Shown here: positions 39,769 through 50,272 of the stretch, piece by piece
Layout: each line of letters opens with the position of its first letter
Position numbering within the stretch: the stretch's first letter is position 1
Assembly: GCA_963732355.1 (NCBI GenBank)
Contig: CAVSZD010000003.1
Location: 9,020 to 73,019 of the forward strand
Direction: 5' to 3'
Length of the DNA: 64,000 nucleotides
DNA from: an uncultured Actinomycetota bacterium
Lineage (GTDB): Bacteria; Actinomycetota; Actinomycetes; S36-B12; UBA10799
Made by a program: the position numbers and the translations under genes
The notes under the pieces: generated by a model
Database searches by the model: none
The model's input: the letters and a program-made list of their open reading frames with translations, nothing else
Told to the model about the DNA's origin: nothing

Positions 39769-40740
39769 TCACGTGAGCTGCTCGAACACCACCCAGAACC
39801 GGGAACGAAGCATATGTCGGGCGACATCGCTTAAGTCGTAGGTGCCCAGCTTGTCGCTCAGGTCCACGAGCAGGGCGCGGTCGATCTCGCTGGGTATGAA
39901 CGGTTTGCCCGCTGCCAGCGCGCCGACATCGGTCGGGCTGGCGCTCTGGAGGTAAGACTCCAAGACTCGTCGGGCGACCGGATCGGCCGCCTGCTCGACA
40001 TCGTCGACGTCGTCGTAGCCCGGATGCACGACCGCCCGGCCGCCCGTGGAGACGGAGTACGCCAATGTCGCGCTGGGTGCGGTAACGGTCGGCGGGTGCC
40101 TGGTCCCGAGATCCTTCGGGGTGGGGATCGCAGGCGAGGACGGTTCTGGGCTTGCAGAGACCGGCGACACCGCTGCCGGTGCTGGCTCGGGCGGTTCGAC
40201 CTTCATCAACCAGTTCTGGATCGACTCCGGCGGAAGCATGATCAACTCATCCGCCGCCCTAAGCAAGTGGTGGCTCACGCCGTGGGGCTTGTTGTCCATG
40301 CCCGGAACCGCAAGGATCACGACCTGGACGCCGTGGATCTGTGCCTCCTCGACGGCTTCGGTGAGATCGTCGTCTCCTGAGACCAGGAAGAAGACATCTG
40401 CTGCGCCGTTTCGCGCGTGGGCGACCAGGTCCAGCCCGATCCGCAGGTCGACCCCCTTCTGCTGGCCGTCGACGCCGAACCGGCCGAGTCGCAGTTTCAC
40501 GCGGGGCAGTTCACCGATGCGTTTCTGCTGGGGATCCGGAACCGCGTCTTTAGCCGAGTCATACCAGTGGATCCGCAGCAGCGGCAGGCCCGAGGTGTCC
40601 TGCGCTTGTTGGCTGAGTGCATCGATCAGTTTGCGGTACTCCACATGGATGCCGTTTCGAAGCGACGTGCCTGTCGCGCGGGTCGCAGCCGAGGCAAGCA
40701 GGTAACCGGCATCCACGAACACCGAACACTTCGATCTCAT
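39769..40740 (-). CDS. NYN (LabA-like) domain protein with a Pro-rich linker and C-terminal domain
   Basis: VFVDAGYL...HWYD...QKGVDLRIGLDLV...FLVSGDDDL motifs. Confidence 0.7.
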   Translation of the reverse strand: MRSKCSVFVDAGYLLASAATRATGTSLRNGIHVEYRKLIDALSQQAQDTSGLPLLRIHWYDSAKDAVPDPQQKRIGELPRVKLRLGRFGVDGQQKGVDLRIGLDLVAHARNGAADVFFLVSGDDDLTEAVEEAQIHGVQVVILAVPGMDNKPHGVSHHLLRAADELIMLPPESIQNWLMKVEPPEPAPAAVSPVSASPEPSSPAIPTPKDLGTRHPPTVTAPSATLAYSVSTGGRAVVHPGYDDVDDVEQAADPVARRVLESYLQSASPTDVGALAAGKPFIPSEIDRALLVDLSDKLGTYDLSDVARHMLRSRFWVVFEQLT

Positions 40741-40826
40741 GACTCCACAATGGCAGGCGATCGGTACCAGAACGCGGTTAACGAGGCCTAGAGTGAAGCC
40801 ATCTTGCCAACTTCCTGGGAGCGGAA

Positions 40827-41876
40827 ATGACGGCGAAATTGGACCCCCAGCAGCGTGCGATGCGCGCGGTCATCCGAGGACTCGGGATGCTTCCTGAGCC
40901 GGCACAGCGGGTCATCGCGGGCAAACCCATCGAGGTTGACGGGCAGCGGTTGCTCACCGAGGTTCAGATGGCCTTGCGCCTGCTCAACGCCATCCCCGGT
41001 TCCAGCTTCGAGGAATTGCCGATCGAGCAAGCGCGTCAGCAGATCGATGCCGAGTCGATGATCTTCGGCGATCCCGAACCGGTGGACGTCATCGAAGACA
41101 TCCAGATCCCCACCCGTGACGGCTCGGTGGCCGGCCGGGTCTACATCGGGTCGGCGAGTAGCCCGACCGCAGGTTCAGTGGCCTACTTCCACGGCGGGGG
41201 CTGGGTCGTCGGCAGCCTGGTCTCGGTGGACTCGGTGTGCCGGTTCCTGGCCGCGCACACTGACTTGGTTATCGTCTCGGTCGACTACCGGCTCGCTCCT
41301 GAACACCCGTTCCCCGCGGCGGTGCACGACGCCGTCGATGCCTACCGCTGGCTGCGCGAGCACCCCGACTGGGGCAGCACTGTCGCGGTGGCAGGTGATA
41401 GCGCCGGCGGCAACCTGAGCGCGGTGGTCAGTGCAGTGACCCTGGAGGACGAAAACGGTCCTCCGGACTTCCAGTTGCTGTTCTTCCCGGTCACCGACGT
41501 CAGCACCAAGCACGACTCGTACCGCAAGTTCGCGAAAGGCTACTTCCTCACCGAGGCGCAGATGGACTGGTACATCGCTCACTACGTGCCGGATCCTGCG
41601 GACCGTCTCGATCCGCGCGCGTCACCGCTGCTCGGCGATCCCACTGGACATCCGCCGACGCATGTAGCGGTATCGGGCTTCGACGTTCTGCGCGATGAGG
41701 GCATCGCCTACGCACAGAAGCTGCGCGCCTCCGGAGTCCCCACGACTCTGCAGGTCGTCGAGGGTCACATTCATGCGTTCGTGAACGCCACTGGCGTGGG
41801 CAAGTGGAGCAAGCGGGCTCTCGCCGAAGCCACCTTGGCGCTCTCAGACGGGATGCGGCAGGCACGTCAGCGCTGA
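40827..41876 (+). CDS. Alpha/beta hydrolase, hormone-sensitive-lipase-like esterase
   Basis: YFHGGGWVVGS and GDSAGGN motifs. Confidence 0.82.
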   Translation: MTAKLDPQQRAMRAVIRGLGMLPEPAQRVIAGKPIEVDGQRLLTEVQMALRLLNAIPGSSFEELPIEQARQQIDAESMIFGDPEPVDVIEDIQIPTRDGSVAGRVYIGSASSPTAGSVAYFHGGGWVVGSLVSVDSVCRFLAAHTDLVIVSVDYRLAPEHPFPAAVHDAVDAYRWLREHPDWGSTVAVAGDSAGGNLSAVVSAVTLEDENGPPDFQLLFFPVTDVSTKHDSYRKFAKGYFLTEAQMDWYIAHYVPDPADRLDPRASPLLGDPTGHPPTHVAVSGFDVLRDEGIAYAQKLRASGVPTTLQVVEGHIHAFVNATGVGKWSKRALAEATLALSDGMRQARQR

Positions 41877-41889
41877 GGCAGGTCTGGGC

Positions 41890-42189
41890 CTACTCCTCGT
41901 CGGTGCGCAACTGACGCGGCTCGTTGCCCGTACGCCGCTCCCATTTGGACAGTTCAGTCTCGAGGGCCTTCATGATCTCGAATACCTGGGACGGGGGGAT
42001 CCGCACCCGTGAGACGACCTGGGCCTGAACACTTGGACCACCGTCATCGATGGGTTGCGGTGGCCCGGCGAACGCAGCGAAATCGATCACGAACGTCTCA
42101 CCCGACTGCCATACGACCACGAAGTCGGCGTAGTGGCCGCCCGCGTCAGTCGGAGGTGCGAGGTTGATGTTCTGGGGCTGCTGGGTCAT
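41890..42189 (-). CDS. DUF3467 domain protein
   Basis: HYADFVVVWQSGETFVIDFA...VVSRVRIPPSQVFEIMKAL pattern. The family call is from memory. Confidence 0.6.
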   Translation of the reverse strand: MTQQPQNINLAPPTDAGGHYADFVVVWQSGETFVIDFAAFAGPPQPIDDGGPSVQAQVVSRVRIPPSQVFEIMKALETELSKWERRTGNEPRQLRTDEE

Positions 42190-42276
42190 AGGTCAAGGCT
42201 AGCCGCCGGATCGAAGTGGTTCGTCTTTGACGACCCACCCCCTTTGGGGGAAGCGTTGGACGTTCGAAGCAGTACC

Positions 42277-43374
42277 GTGTCCTGTGTGAATGGGCCCGAT
42301 GACGCTGAGGACTTCGCGCCCGCAGAGCCCAATTCCCGGGCGCTCAACCGCCGGATCGTGAAGGCGGTGGGCATCGTCCTGGTGCTCATCCTGCTGTACT
42401 ACTCACTGTTCGTATTGCTGCCCAGCGAGTTGGACTGGAACACGGTCTGGGCGGATCTACAGGCGCTCACCGGTTGGCAGATCCTGGCGCTGGTGGGGTC
42501 CGGTCTGTTGACAATCATCGCGCTGGGCTGGACGTCCAAGGCGTCGCTGCCCGACTTGACGCTGTATCAAGGCACTGAGTCCTCGGCCACCAGTCAGCTC
42601 AGCGCCTTCGTGTTCCCGCCGCCGGCTGACATGGCCATCCGCTTCGCGATGTACCGGACCTACGGGTTCTCAGACGAGCAGTCCGCGGTGGCAGTGATCC
42701 TCGCCATGGTCGCGCGCTACGCGATGGTGGTGTTCATGCCCTTGCTCGGGTTGGGCCTGGTTCTGCTGGCAGGGCAGGGCAGTTGGACCGGATTCGCCTG
42801 GTTCCTCGGGATCGGCGTGGCGTTCGTACTGGTGATGGGCTTGATCGTGCGGGTGGCACGAAGCGAGTCGGTCGCCCACAAGGTGGGTGCCTGGCTGCAG
42901 CGTGTTGCAAGTCGGGTGATCCGTCTGTTCCGACGGACCCCGCCTGAAGACCTCGAGAGAAGTGTCGTCGACTTCGGCCGGCGCACCCGGGCCACCTTGG
43001 ACAAGAACGGCCGTGTCCTGATCGTCTCCAACATGACTTGGGGTCTGGCCAACGCGTTGGTGATGGGTCTGTGCATGCGCTTCTCTGGACTGGGCTCGGA
43101 CGTGGTCACTTCGGTAGCCGTGGTCTTCGCTGCGGGGCTGGTGATGGCCATCAACATGCTGCCTATCCCCGGCAAGGATGCCCTTGCGATCACGTGGATC
43201 TCCACGATCCTGGGGATCACGTCCACCGTTGACGTCAGTGATCTCGGCACTGCGATGCTGCTGTACCGCTTGGTGACCTGGATCCTTCCCATGCCAGTGG
43301 GCGGTATCACGTTCCTTCTCTGGCGCAGGCGGGTGCGCAAGCAGGGCCCAGTTGAAGCGCCTCAGGCCAGCTGA
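42277..43374 (+). CDS. Lysylphosphatidylglycerol-synthase-TM-region / flippase-like membrane protein
   Basis: About 8 TM segments and a basic C-terminus. The start is uncertain (GTG at 42277 or 42286). The ORF-track start at 42055 overlaps the DUF3467 gene. Confidence 0.55.
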   Translation: MSCVNGPDDAEDFAPAEPNSRALNRRIVKAVGIVLVLILLYYSLFVLLPSELDWNTVWADLQALTGWQILALVGSGLLTIIALGWTSKASLPDLTLYQGTESSATSQLSAFVFPPPADMAIRFAMYRTYGFSDEQSAVAVILAMVARYAMVVFMPLLGLGLVLLAGQGSWTGFAWFLGIGVAFVLVMGLIVRVARSESVAHKVGAWLQRVASRVIRLFRRTPPEDLERSVVDFGRRTRATLDKNGRVLIVSNMTWGLANALVMGLCMRFSGLGSDVVTSVAVVFAAGLVMAINMLPIPGKDALAITWISTILGITSTVDVSDLGTAMLLYRLVTWILPMPVGGITFLLWRRRVRKQGPVEAPQAS

Positions 43375-43931
43375 TCCTGGTCCCAGTTGAAGGGCACCAC
43401 TTCAACCGCGGCCGCGATCCTCTCACGGAAGGTTTGCTGCGCCGCCGGGCTGCGCAGAACGGCAAAGTCCGCCTCGTCGAGCGCGGCGATCTCAGGCTCG
43501 GCGTCGACACCGGTCCACATGGCGCGCGTGGCCGGTTGGGTGTCCACGAGGAAGGCTGCCACGTAGGCGAGCGCGGCCGCGTGCTTGCACCAGCCGTAGT
43601 CGCATCCGTACGGGCAACTGCAGGTGGCGTCGATCCGGTCGCTTCCCGAGATCACCACTCTGGCCAGCCTGACCTCATATGGCCTGCGCGTGGATCCCTG
43701 GATCTGCGCGCTGAAACCTTGTTCATCGGCTTGCAGTCCGAGAACCTGTCCGGCACGTGCATAGGTGCGCCCGCGGCCCAAGATTGTCGCGCTGGTCTCC
43801 ATCGTGGCAGCCGCCACGATGCTCACTGCGGCCGGATCCGTGACCTTCCCGGGTTTGGGTACGGCCACTCCGCCCTGCACGGCGATACGTGGTTTCGCTT
43901 CGTACCAGCCACCACGGTTGCGCGGGCTCAC
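43362..43931 (-). CDS. SWIM zinc-finger protein
   Basis: CSCPYGCDYGWCKHAAALAY matches the CxC...CxH SWIM signature. It has a 4-nt overlap with the upstream SNF2 gene. Confidence 0.8.
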   Translation of the reverse strand: MSPRNRGGWYEAKPRIAVQGGVAVPKPGKVTDPAAVSIVAAATMETSATILGRGRTYARAGQVLGLQADEQGFSAQIQGSTRRPYEVRLARVVISGSDRIDATCSCPYGCDYGWCKHAAALAYVAAFLVDTQPATRAMWTGVDAEPEIAALDEADFAVLRSPAAQQTFRERIAAAVEVVPFNWDQDQLA

Positions 43932-46471
43932 TGCAGGACCTCATCGCGCACCAGGCCTACGAGGGCGCTGAGCTGGTCATCGGACAGTTCGGTGACGGCT
44001 GTGTCGGTGGACCTGATGACCGAGGCCGCCAGTTCGCGCTTGGATCGCAGGGCGAGGTCGATGCGGTCCTCAAGGGTCCCCGGGCAGACCAGAACGTGAA
44101 CGGAGACCTTCTGGTTCTGCCCGATGCGCCACACGCGGTCGGACGCCTGGTCCTCTACGGCCGGGTTCCACCACCTGTCCAGGTGGATGACGTGATTTGC
44201 CCGCACGAGCGTCAGTCCCGTGCCGCCTGCTTTGAGCGATGCGATGAGGATCGGCGGGCCGTCGGGCGCGCTGAACTGCTCCACGGTTGCTGCGCGGGCT
44301 GTGCGCGAATCCGACCCGGTGAGAGTGGCAACCTCGACCCCCAGTGCTTGGCGCAGGTGGTTGGCGAGATCCGGGACGAACGAGGCGAATTGGGTGAAGA
44401 CCACCACTGCCTGACCCTCATCCACGATCTGAGTGCACAACTCCACCAAGCGGCTGATCTTGCCCGAACGCTCACCCAGGCTGCGCCGGGATTCGGTCAG
44501 CAGCGCGGGGTGCACGCAGATCTGCTTGAGCCTGGAGATTCCGCCAAGTACAGCCGCCCTGCGCCGCAACTTTGGTTCGCCTGCGCTGCCAGCGGCTCGG
44601 CGCAACTCGTCCAGAGCGCCGAGCATGTCGGTCACGACGGCCTCGTAGGCGCCCACCTGCTCGCGGGTCAGGGTGCAGTCGTCGCGAATGACCTCGCGGT
44701 CGGGCAGATCCGGGAGGATTCCCGGGTCGGTTTTGACGCGCCGGAGGATGAACGGCCCGACCACGGCGCGCAAACGGGTCAGGTCCTCGGGTTCGCCGTC
44801 GGCAAACCTGTCCATGAACTGTTTGCGGCGGGGGAGTAGTCCTGGCTGGGCGAAAGCCAGCAGCGACCACAGGTCACCGAGGTGGTTCTCCACGGGAGTG
44901 CCGGTCACGACAAGACGATGGGTCGCTGTCAGGCTGCGGGCGGCACGGGCGGCTCGCGTGTCCGGGTTCTTGATCGCCTGCGCCTCGTCCAGGACCACGC
45001 GGTGCCATGGCGTCTGCAGCAGTTTCTCATCCCGCGCGAGCAGCCCATAGGTCGTGACGACGACGTCAGCATCCAGCGAGCCACGTTGCGACCCGTGGAA
45101 GGCCTGCACGCGTAGTCCGGGGGTGAATTGGGCTGCCTGCCGGGCCCATGTGTCGACCAGCGTGACCGGGCACACCACGAGGGTGGGGCCCTTGTGGTCG
45201 GCTTGGATCAGAGTGAGAACCTGCAGGGTTTTACCCAGACCCATGTCGTCGGCGAGGATCCCCCCGACCTGGTTGTCAGCCAGCCAGGTGAGCCATTCGA
45301 AGCCGGCTCGCTGATAGGGCCGCAAGGTGGCCTGGACGTCTTTGGGTGGCTTGGCCTTGCGTGCGGTCTTCAATCCTTGCGGGAGGAGGTCACCGGCATC
45401 GATCTCCACACCCTCAAAGGCGGGGTCGGCCAGCAGGTCGGCAGGGCTGACCCCGCGACGAAGCCGACGAGCCAGGGCCGCCAGGCGGTCGGCATCGCCT
45501 GGCCCGATCCGCAGCCATCTGCCTTTCACCGAGACCAGCTCGGACTTGGACGCTGCTAGTGCCGCGAACTCTTTCGCGGTAAGAGTCTGACCGTCCACCT
45601 CAAGGTCAGCCTGCAGCCCCAGGCTTGTGACCTCAAGGGTTCCGGTTCCACCTGAGGTTGAGAGTCGGCGACGGACCGGCGCCCGGCGGAGCAGCCCCCC
45701 GGGCGCGATCACATCGAAGCCCGCAGACTGCAGGCGCGGCGCAACGGCGTCCAAGAACTCCAGGACGTCTTTGTCCGAGAGGTCGACGGACCCGCGCGAG
45801 ACTCCTTGCAGGGTCGAGGGCAGCCACCTGCCCCATGCCCGGCGCAGCATTTCAAGTTCGGTCTGTTGGAACCTCTCCCACCCGGTGTGGGTGGCGCCGA
45901 ACATCTGGGGGTCTGCGCTCTGCCAGGGCAACCGCGTTGTGGCCTCGTCGATCCGGATAGCCAGCGGTTGCAGCGACCACGAAGTTTCAGCTTCGCCAGG
46001 TGGGCTCAGGACTATCGTCAGGCGGGCATTGGCCGCACAACGAGCGACCACGTGCTCCGCCCAACGGCGCATCGCGACTCGCTCGGAGCGCAGTGGCAGG
46101 AACGGGCGGTCGGCGGTGGCCGCAGATATGCGGTTGTCGACCACCTGGGCGACGAACTGGTCGAGCGTCTGCGCTGGCGTTTCGGTGTTGACCAGTCCGA
46201 CGGACAGGCAGTCTTCGATCGCCTTCTCCAGGTCAGCGGCCGGCGCCGGGTCGGGCGCTGCGCGCCATGTCCACCCGTCGGGACCGGGAACCGGAACACT
46301 GCGGTTGTCAGCGGCCCGGAATGCCGCGGTCACCAGGTGGCCCAAGGCGATGCAACGCGCACTGGCGCTGCCATTCAACCCCTCCGCGAGCCACCCAGCA
46401 AGCTCGGCATCAACCGGACGCTTCCACAGCAGGGTGCGCTGCATGCCCCCCGGTACCGGTAGGGAGCGCAA
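43928..46471 (-). CDS. SNF2-family helicase (HelZ-like)
   Basis: GGILADDMGLGKT, DEAQAIKN and a helicase C domain (QASDRVWRIGQ), with a ~380-aa N-terminal region. Confidence 0.85.
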   Translation of the reverse strand: MRSLPVPGGMQRTLLWKRPVDAELAGWLAEGLNGSASARCIALGHLVTAAFRAADNRSVPVPGPDGWTWRAAPDPAPAADLEKAIEDCLSVGLVNTETPAQTLDQFVAQVVDNRISAATADRPFLPLRSERVAMRRWAEHVVARCAANARLTIVLSPPGEAETSWSLQPLAIRIDEATTRLPWQSADPQMFGATHTGWERFQQTELEMLRRAWGRWLPSTLQGVSRGSVDLSDKDVLEFLDAVAPRLQSAGFDVIAPGGLLRRAPVRRRLSTSGGTGTLEVTSLGLQADLEVDGQTLTAKEFAALAASKSELVSVKGRWLRIGPGDADRLAALARRLRRGVSPADLLADPAFEGVEIDAGDLLPQGLKTARKAKPPKDVQATLRPYQRAGFEWLTWLADNQVGGILADDMGLGKTLQVLTLIQADHKGPTLVVCPVTLVDTWARQAAQFTPGLRVQAFHGSQRGSLDADVVVTTYGLLARDEKLLQTPWHRVVLDEAQAIKNPDTRAARAARSLTATHRLVVTGTPVENHLGDLWSLLAFAQPGLLPRRKQFMDRFADGEPEDLTRLRAVVGPFILRRVKTDPGILPDLPDREVIRDDCTLTREQVGAYEAVVTDMLGALDELRRAAGSAGEPKLRRRAAVLGGISRLKQICVHPALLTESRRSLGERSGKISRLVELCTQIVDEGQAVVVFTQFASFVPDLANHLRQALGVEVATLTGSDSRTARAATVEQFSAPDGPPILIASLKAGGTGLTLVRANHVIHLDRWWNPAVEDQASDRVWRIGQNQKVSVHVLVCPGTLEDRIDLALRSKRELAASVIRSTDTAVTELSDDQLSALVGLVRDEVLQ

Positions 46472-46707
46472 CTGTCCAGAACCCTGCCCCGCCGCCGTCG
46501 TCCAAAGGTCCTTGGTGGTCGAGGATGACGTCGACTGGGACGTCCACTACGAGTGCTCTCGCCACGCTGACAGGGTAATTGCTGCCAGCGTGGCCTGGAT
46601 GACCGCGGTCAAACTCGACATTCAGGGCTGACCTGCCAACCGAACGGCCCCTTGTGCAATCTGATCATGCGGGACATGGTGGCGTTTTCGGCAGAAGGAA
46701 GTCACGC

Positions 46708-48282
46708 ATGGTTTCAAAGGTTGGTCTTTGCGTCGCAGCAGCGTCCGTTCTGGTAGTGGGGGCGCCGGCAGCGGGATGGGCCGACCCGGGAGGGCAGGGC
46801 AACGGCAAGCCGACAGTTGGTGCCCGCAGTCTGGGCGATCCGCTCCTGCCGCAGATCGGCAACGGCGGATACAACGTGCGGCACTACCGGATATACCTCG
46901 ACTACGACCCGGTGACGAACTCGTTCAAGTCCGCGAAGACCACCATCTACGCGAAGGCCTCGAAGAAGCTGAGCCAGTTCAGCTTGGACTTCCAGGACCT
47001 GGATGTGTCGTCAGTGAGGGTCAACGGTCGTAAGGCCGGATTCAGTCAGGTGGACGCGACTCCTCAGCTGAGCCAGAACCCCGAGGTGACCCAGCCGATG
47101 AAGCTGGTGGTTGACCCGCACCCGTCGACCTGGCCCAAGGCGGGCAGGAACTTCACTGTTGAGGTCAACTACTCCGGGACCCCCGAGGCCATAACCGACG
47201 CGGACACGTCGATCGAGGGCTGGATCCAGGCGTGCCACCCACTCGCGCAACCGCAGACGTGCGACGGGGCCTTCGTCGTCAATGAGCCGATAGGCGCGCA
47301 GAGTTGGTTCCCGTCGAACAACTACCCCTCCGACAAGGCGACCTTCGACACCGCGATCCGGGTCCCGCAGGGCAAGACCGCGCTCGGTGTGGGGGAACTG
47401 TCGCAGAAGAAGCTCAATGGCGACGGCACGGTCACCTGGCGGTGGCGCGAGGACGACCCCACCGCCACCTACCTGACCACCGCAACGGTCGGCGACTTCA
47501 ACTTCGTGATCGACTCGATGACTGAGACGTCCACGGGCAAGACGCTGCCGCTCTACAACGCGGTTGACAGCACGGCCACACCTGCCCAGGCGCTGCAGAT
47601 TCAGAACTCGTTGGATCAGGCTCCGGGTCAGCTCAACTTCCTCAGCGACCTCTATGGCCCCTACCCGTTCGATTCCAGCGGTGCGGTGGCCGATCGGGCC
47701 GCTGGCGTGGGGTATGCCCTGGAGGTGCAGGGCAAGCCTCACTACTCCGGCAGTTTCACCTTCGCCAACCCGTCGATCGGTGTCGGGACGCAGCTGCACG
47801 AGCTCGCCCACCAGTGGTTCGGGAACAGCGCCACGCTGGCGACGTGGGGTGACATCTGGTTCAACGAGGGTTGGGCGAATTGGAGCGATTGGTACTGGAC
47901 CAGTCAGGTACAGGGCGGCGATGATCCGGCCGTCATCTTCGACGATTTGTACGCGAACACCCCGGCGGAGGATTGGGAGATCGCTCCGGCGATCCTCGAT
48001 GGAGACCCGGCAAACTTGTTCGCATTCTTCCCCACGTACGAGCGGGGAGCGATGACGGTGCAGGGCTACCGGGAGATCGTGGGCGACGACCGCTTCTTCG
48101 GGTTGGCGCGCGACATTCTCGATGAATACGGCTACTCCAACATCAGCACGAAACAGTTCATCGCAGAGGCGAAGAAGGCCAGCGGTCTGAAGGGTGCCAA
48201 GCTCGCGCTGCTGGACCAGTACTTCCAGCAGTGGCTGTACGGACAGACGAAACCGACGATCCTGCCGGAGGATTTCGCCTGA
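46708..48282 (+). CDS. M1 family metallopeptidase, secreted
   Basis: HELAHQWFGN...WFNEGWA zinc motif and signal peptide MVSKVGLCVAAASVLVVGAPAAGWA. Confidence 0.85.
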   Translation: MVSKVGLCVAAASVLVVGAPAAGWADPGGQGNGKPTVGARSLGDPLLPQIGNGGYNVRHYRIYLDYDPVTNSFKSAKTTIYAKASKKLSQFSLDFQDLDVSSVRVNGRKAGFSQVDATPQLSQNPEVTQPMKLVVDPHPSTWPKAGRNFTVEVNYSGTPEAITDADTSIEGWIQACHPLAQPQTCDGAFVVNEPIGAQSWFPSNNYPSDKATFDTAIRVPQGKTALGVGELSQKKLNGDGTVTWRWREDDPTATYLTTATVGDFNFVIDSMTETSTGKTLPLYNAVDSTATPAQALQIQNSLDQAPGQLNFLSDLYGPYPFDSSGAVADRAAGVGYALEVQGKPHYSGSFTFANPSIGVGTQLHELAHQWFGNSATLATWGDIWFNEGWANWSDWYWTSQVQGGDDPAVIFDDLYANTPAEDWEIAPAILDGDPANLFAFFPTYERGAMTVQGYREIVGDDRFFGLARDILDEYGYSNISTKQFIAEAKKASGLKGAKLALLDQYFQQWLYGQTKPTILPEDFA

Positions 48283-48301
48283 GATTGCTTGTGCACAACC
48301 C

Positions 48302-48331
48302 TTGACAGTTGTCGTACATGTGTTCGATAAT
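48302..48331 (+). promoter_or_regulatory. Near-consensus promoter placing the start site at the DUF222/HNH start codon (leaderless)
   Basis: TTGACA (48302-48307), an 18-nt spacer, then GATAAT (48326-48331), with the ATG 5 nt further on at 48337. Confidence 0.5.
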
Positions 48332-48336
48332 GAGGT

Positions 48337-49538
48337 ATGTCAGAAGGTGTGATCGACCCGTTCGGGCGCTTGGACGTGGCCCTCGAGGATGCGCGAGCGC
48401 TGGACGACCAGGACCTCCTGGACGCCATCGGCGACCTGGAGAGGCGTAAGCGGTCAGTCGAGGCCCAGTCTGCGGTTCTGGTCACCGAGATGAACCGGCG
48501 CATCGAACATCTGGGATACCTGGTGTCGGGGTCGGCGGACACCCTGGCGGTGCTGCTTGCGATCTCTGCGCGCTCGGCCGATCACCAACTCGACGCAGGC
48601 GTCACGCTCTGCTCCCGGCCACTGGTGTGGGCGGCCTTGCAGTCCGGACGCATCGACAGGACCAAGGCCTCTCGGATCGTCGACGAGTTGGCCGACGTCC
48701 CTGATCCTGCGCGCGAACAACTGGAACTGATCGCGCTGGAGTACGCCGAGACCCACACGGCTCACCAACTGCGACGGCGCCTGCTCGAACTGACCTGTGA
48801 GCACGATCCCGACGAGGAATTGCGTGACCAGGCGGTCGACAAGCGGGGGGTCTGGATCACGCCGCGTGGCCACGGCATGGCCGACGTGTACGCCTACCTG
48901 TCGGCTGAGCATGCGGAAGCCTTCGCCCAGGCCCTCCAGCAGTTGGCTGATTCGCCGGACTGCGCCGATCCCTACGAGCAGGGCGACGCCCGGACAGCCG
49001 ACCAACGTCGCGCCGATGCGCTTGTTGGGTTCCTGGCCGCTCACACCACCTGGCAGGTGAACGTCGACGTGGTGATCGGTGCCGACGCCCTGATCGGGGA
49101 CAACGACCTGACCGCCCACGTAAAGCGGCTCGGTCCAATCGGTAGCGACCTGGCCCGGGACCTGTGCTTCTCCCCAGATGCACGCTGGCGCCGCCTGGTC
49201 ACCGACCCGCTCAGTGGGCGGCTGATCGACATGTCGGCCACGTCCTACCGGATCCCCGAGCGGATCCGCAACGCGGTCAAGGCCCGCGATGTGACCTGCC
49301 GGTTCCCCGGCTGTCATCAACCCGCGGAATACTTCGACATTGACCACATTGTCCCCTGGCCGCGAGGCAAGACGCAGGTTTGTGATCTGGCGGGGGAGTG
49401 CCGGCGCCATCACCGGGTCAAGACCCACTCAGCATGGAAGGTCGCCCACGACCCGGGGATCCGAGGCACGAAATGACCTGGACCAGCCCGTTGGGCACGG
49501 TGCATGTGACCACCGCCCACAACTATCACCCGGGCTGA
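48337..49538 (+). pseudogene. DUF222 + HNH endonuclease (13E12-repeat type), frameshift near the 3' end
   Basis: DIDHIVPW...CRRHHRVKTH HNH motif. The expected tail PGDPRHEMTWTSPLGTVHVTTAHNYHPG* is in another frame ending at 49538. The junction is at about 49445-49460. Confidence 0.7.
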
Positions 49539-49578
49539 GGCTAGCGTCGGGTTCAGATACCCGAGTTCTGGAGGACTG

Positions 49579-50269
49579 ATGAGCGACGTGATCCACTACG
49601 GGCTGGAAGATGGGGTCGCGACGCTGACCCTGGACAACGGCAAGGTCAACGCGATCTCACCCGAAGTGATTGAGGCTTTCCACGCGTGTTTGGACCAGGC
49701 GCAGGCCGACGCCGCCGTCGTGATCATCACCGGCCAGCCGGGCATCCTTTCCGGCGGTTACGACCTCAAGGTGATGAAGTCCGGGCCCCAAGACGCGATC
49801 GATCTGGTTGCCGCGGGTTCCACTCTGGCCCGCCGGATGCTGGCACACCCCTTCCCGATCGTCGTCGCCTGCTCGGGGCACGCGGTCGCCAAGGGCGCGT
49901 TCATCCTGCTGTCCGCCGACTACCGGGTGGGCGTCGATGGCCCGTTCAAGATCGGGCTGAACGAGGTCCAGATCGGTATGACGATGCACCATGTCGGGAT
50001 CGAACTGGCCCGCGACCGTCTGCGTAAGTCCTACTTCAACCGTTCGGTCATCAACGCCGAGATGTTCTCGCCAGCCGATGCGATCCAGGCGGGTTTCCTC
50101 GACGCGGTGGTCGCCCCAGAGGACCTCATGAATCGCGGCGCGCCAGGTCGCCGAGCAGTTAAAGGGGCTCAACATGACTGCTCACGCGAACACCAAACTC
50201 AAGGTGCGCAAGGCATTGCTGGAGACCCTCGACGCCTCGATCGAACTGGACCGTCAGCCACTCTGGTAG
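49579..50269 (+). pseudogene. Enoyl-CoA hydratase / crotonase family protein, frameshifted
   Basis: The crotonase fold runs up to APEDLMN. The tail ARQVAEQLKGLNMTAHANTKLKVRKALLETLDASIELDRQPLW* is in the +1 frame ending at 50269. The junction is at about 50131-50146 in CGCGGCGCGCC. Confidence 0.7.
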
Positions 50270-50272
50270 GTA

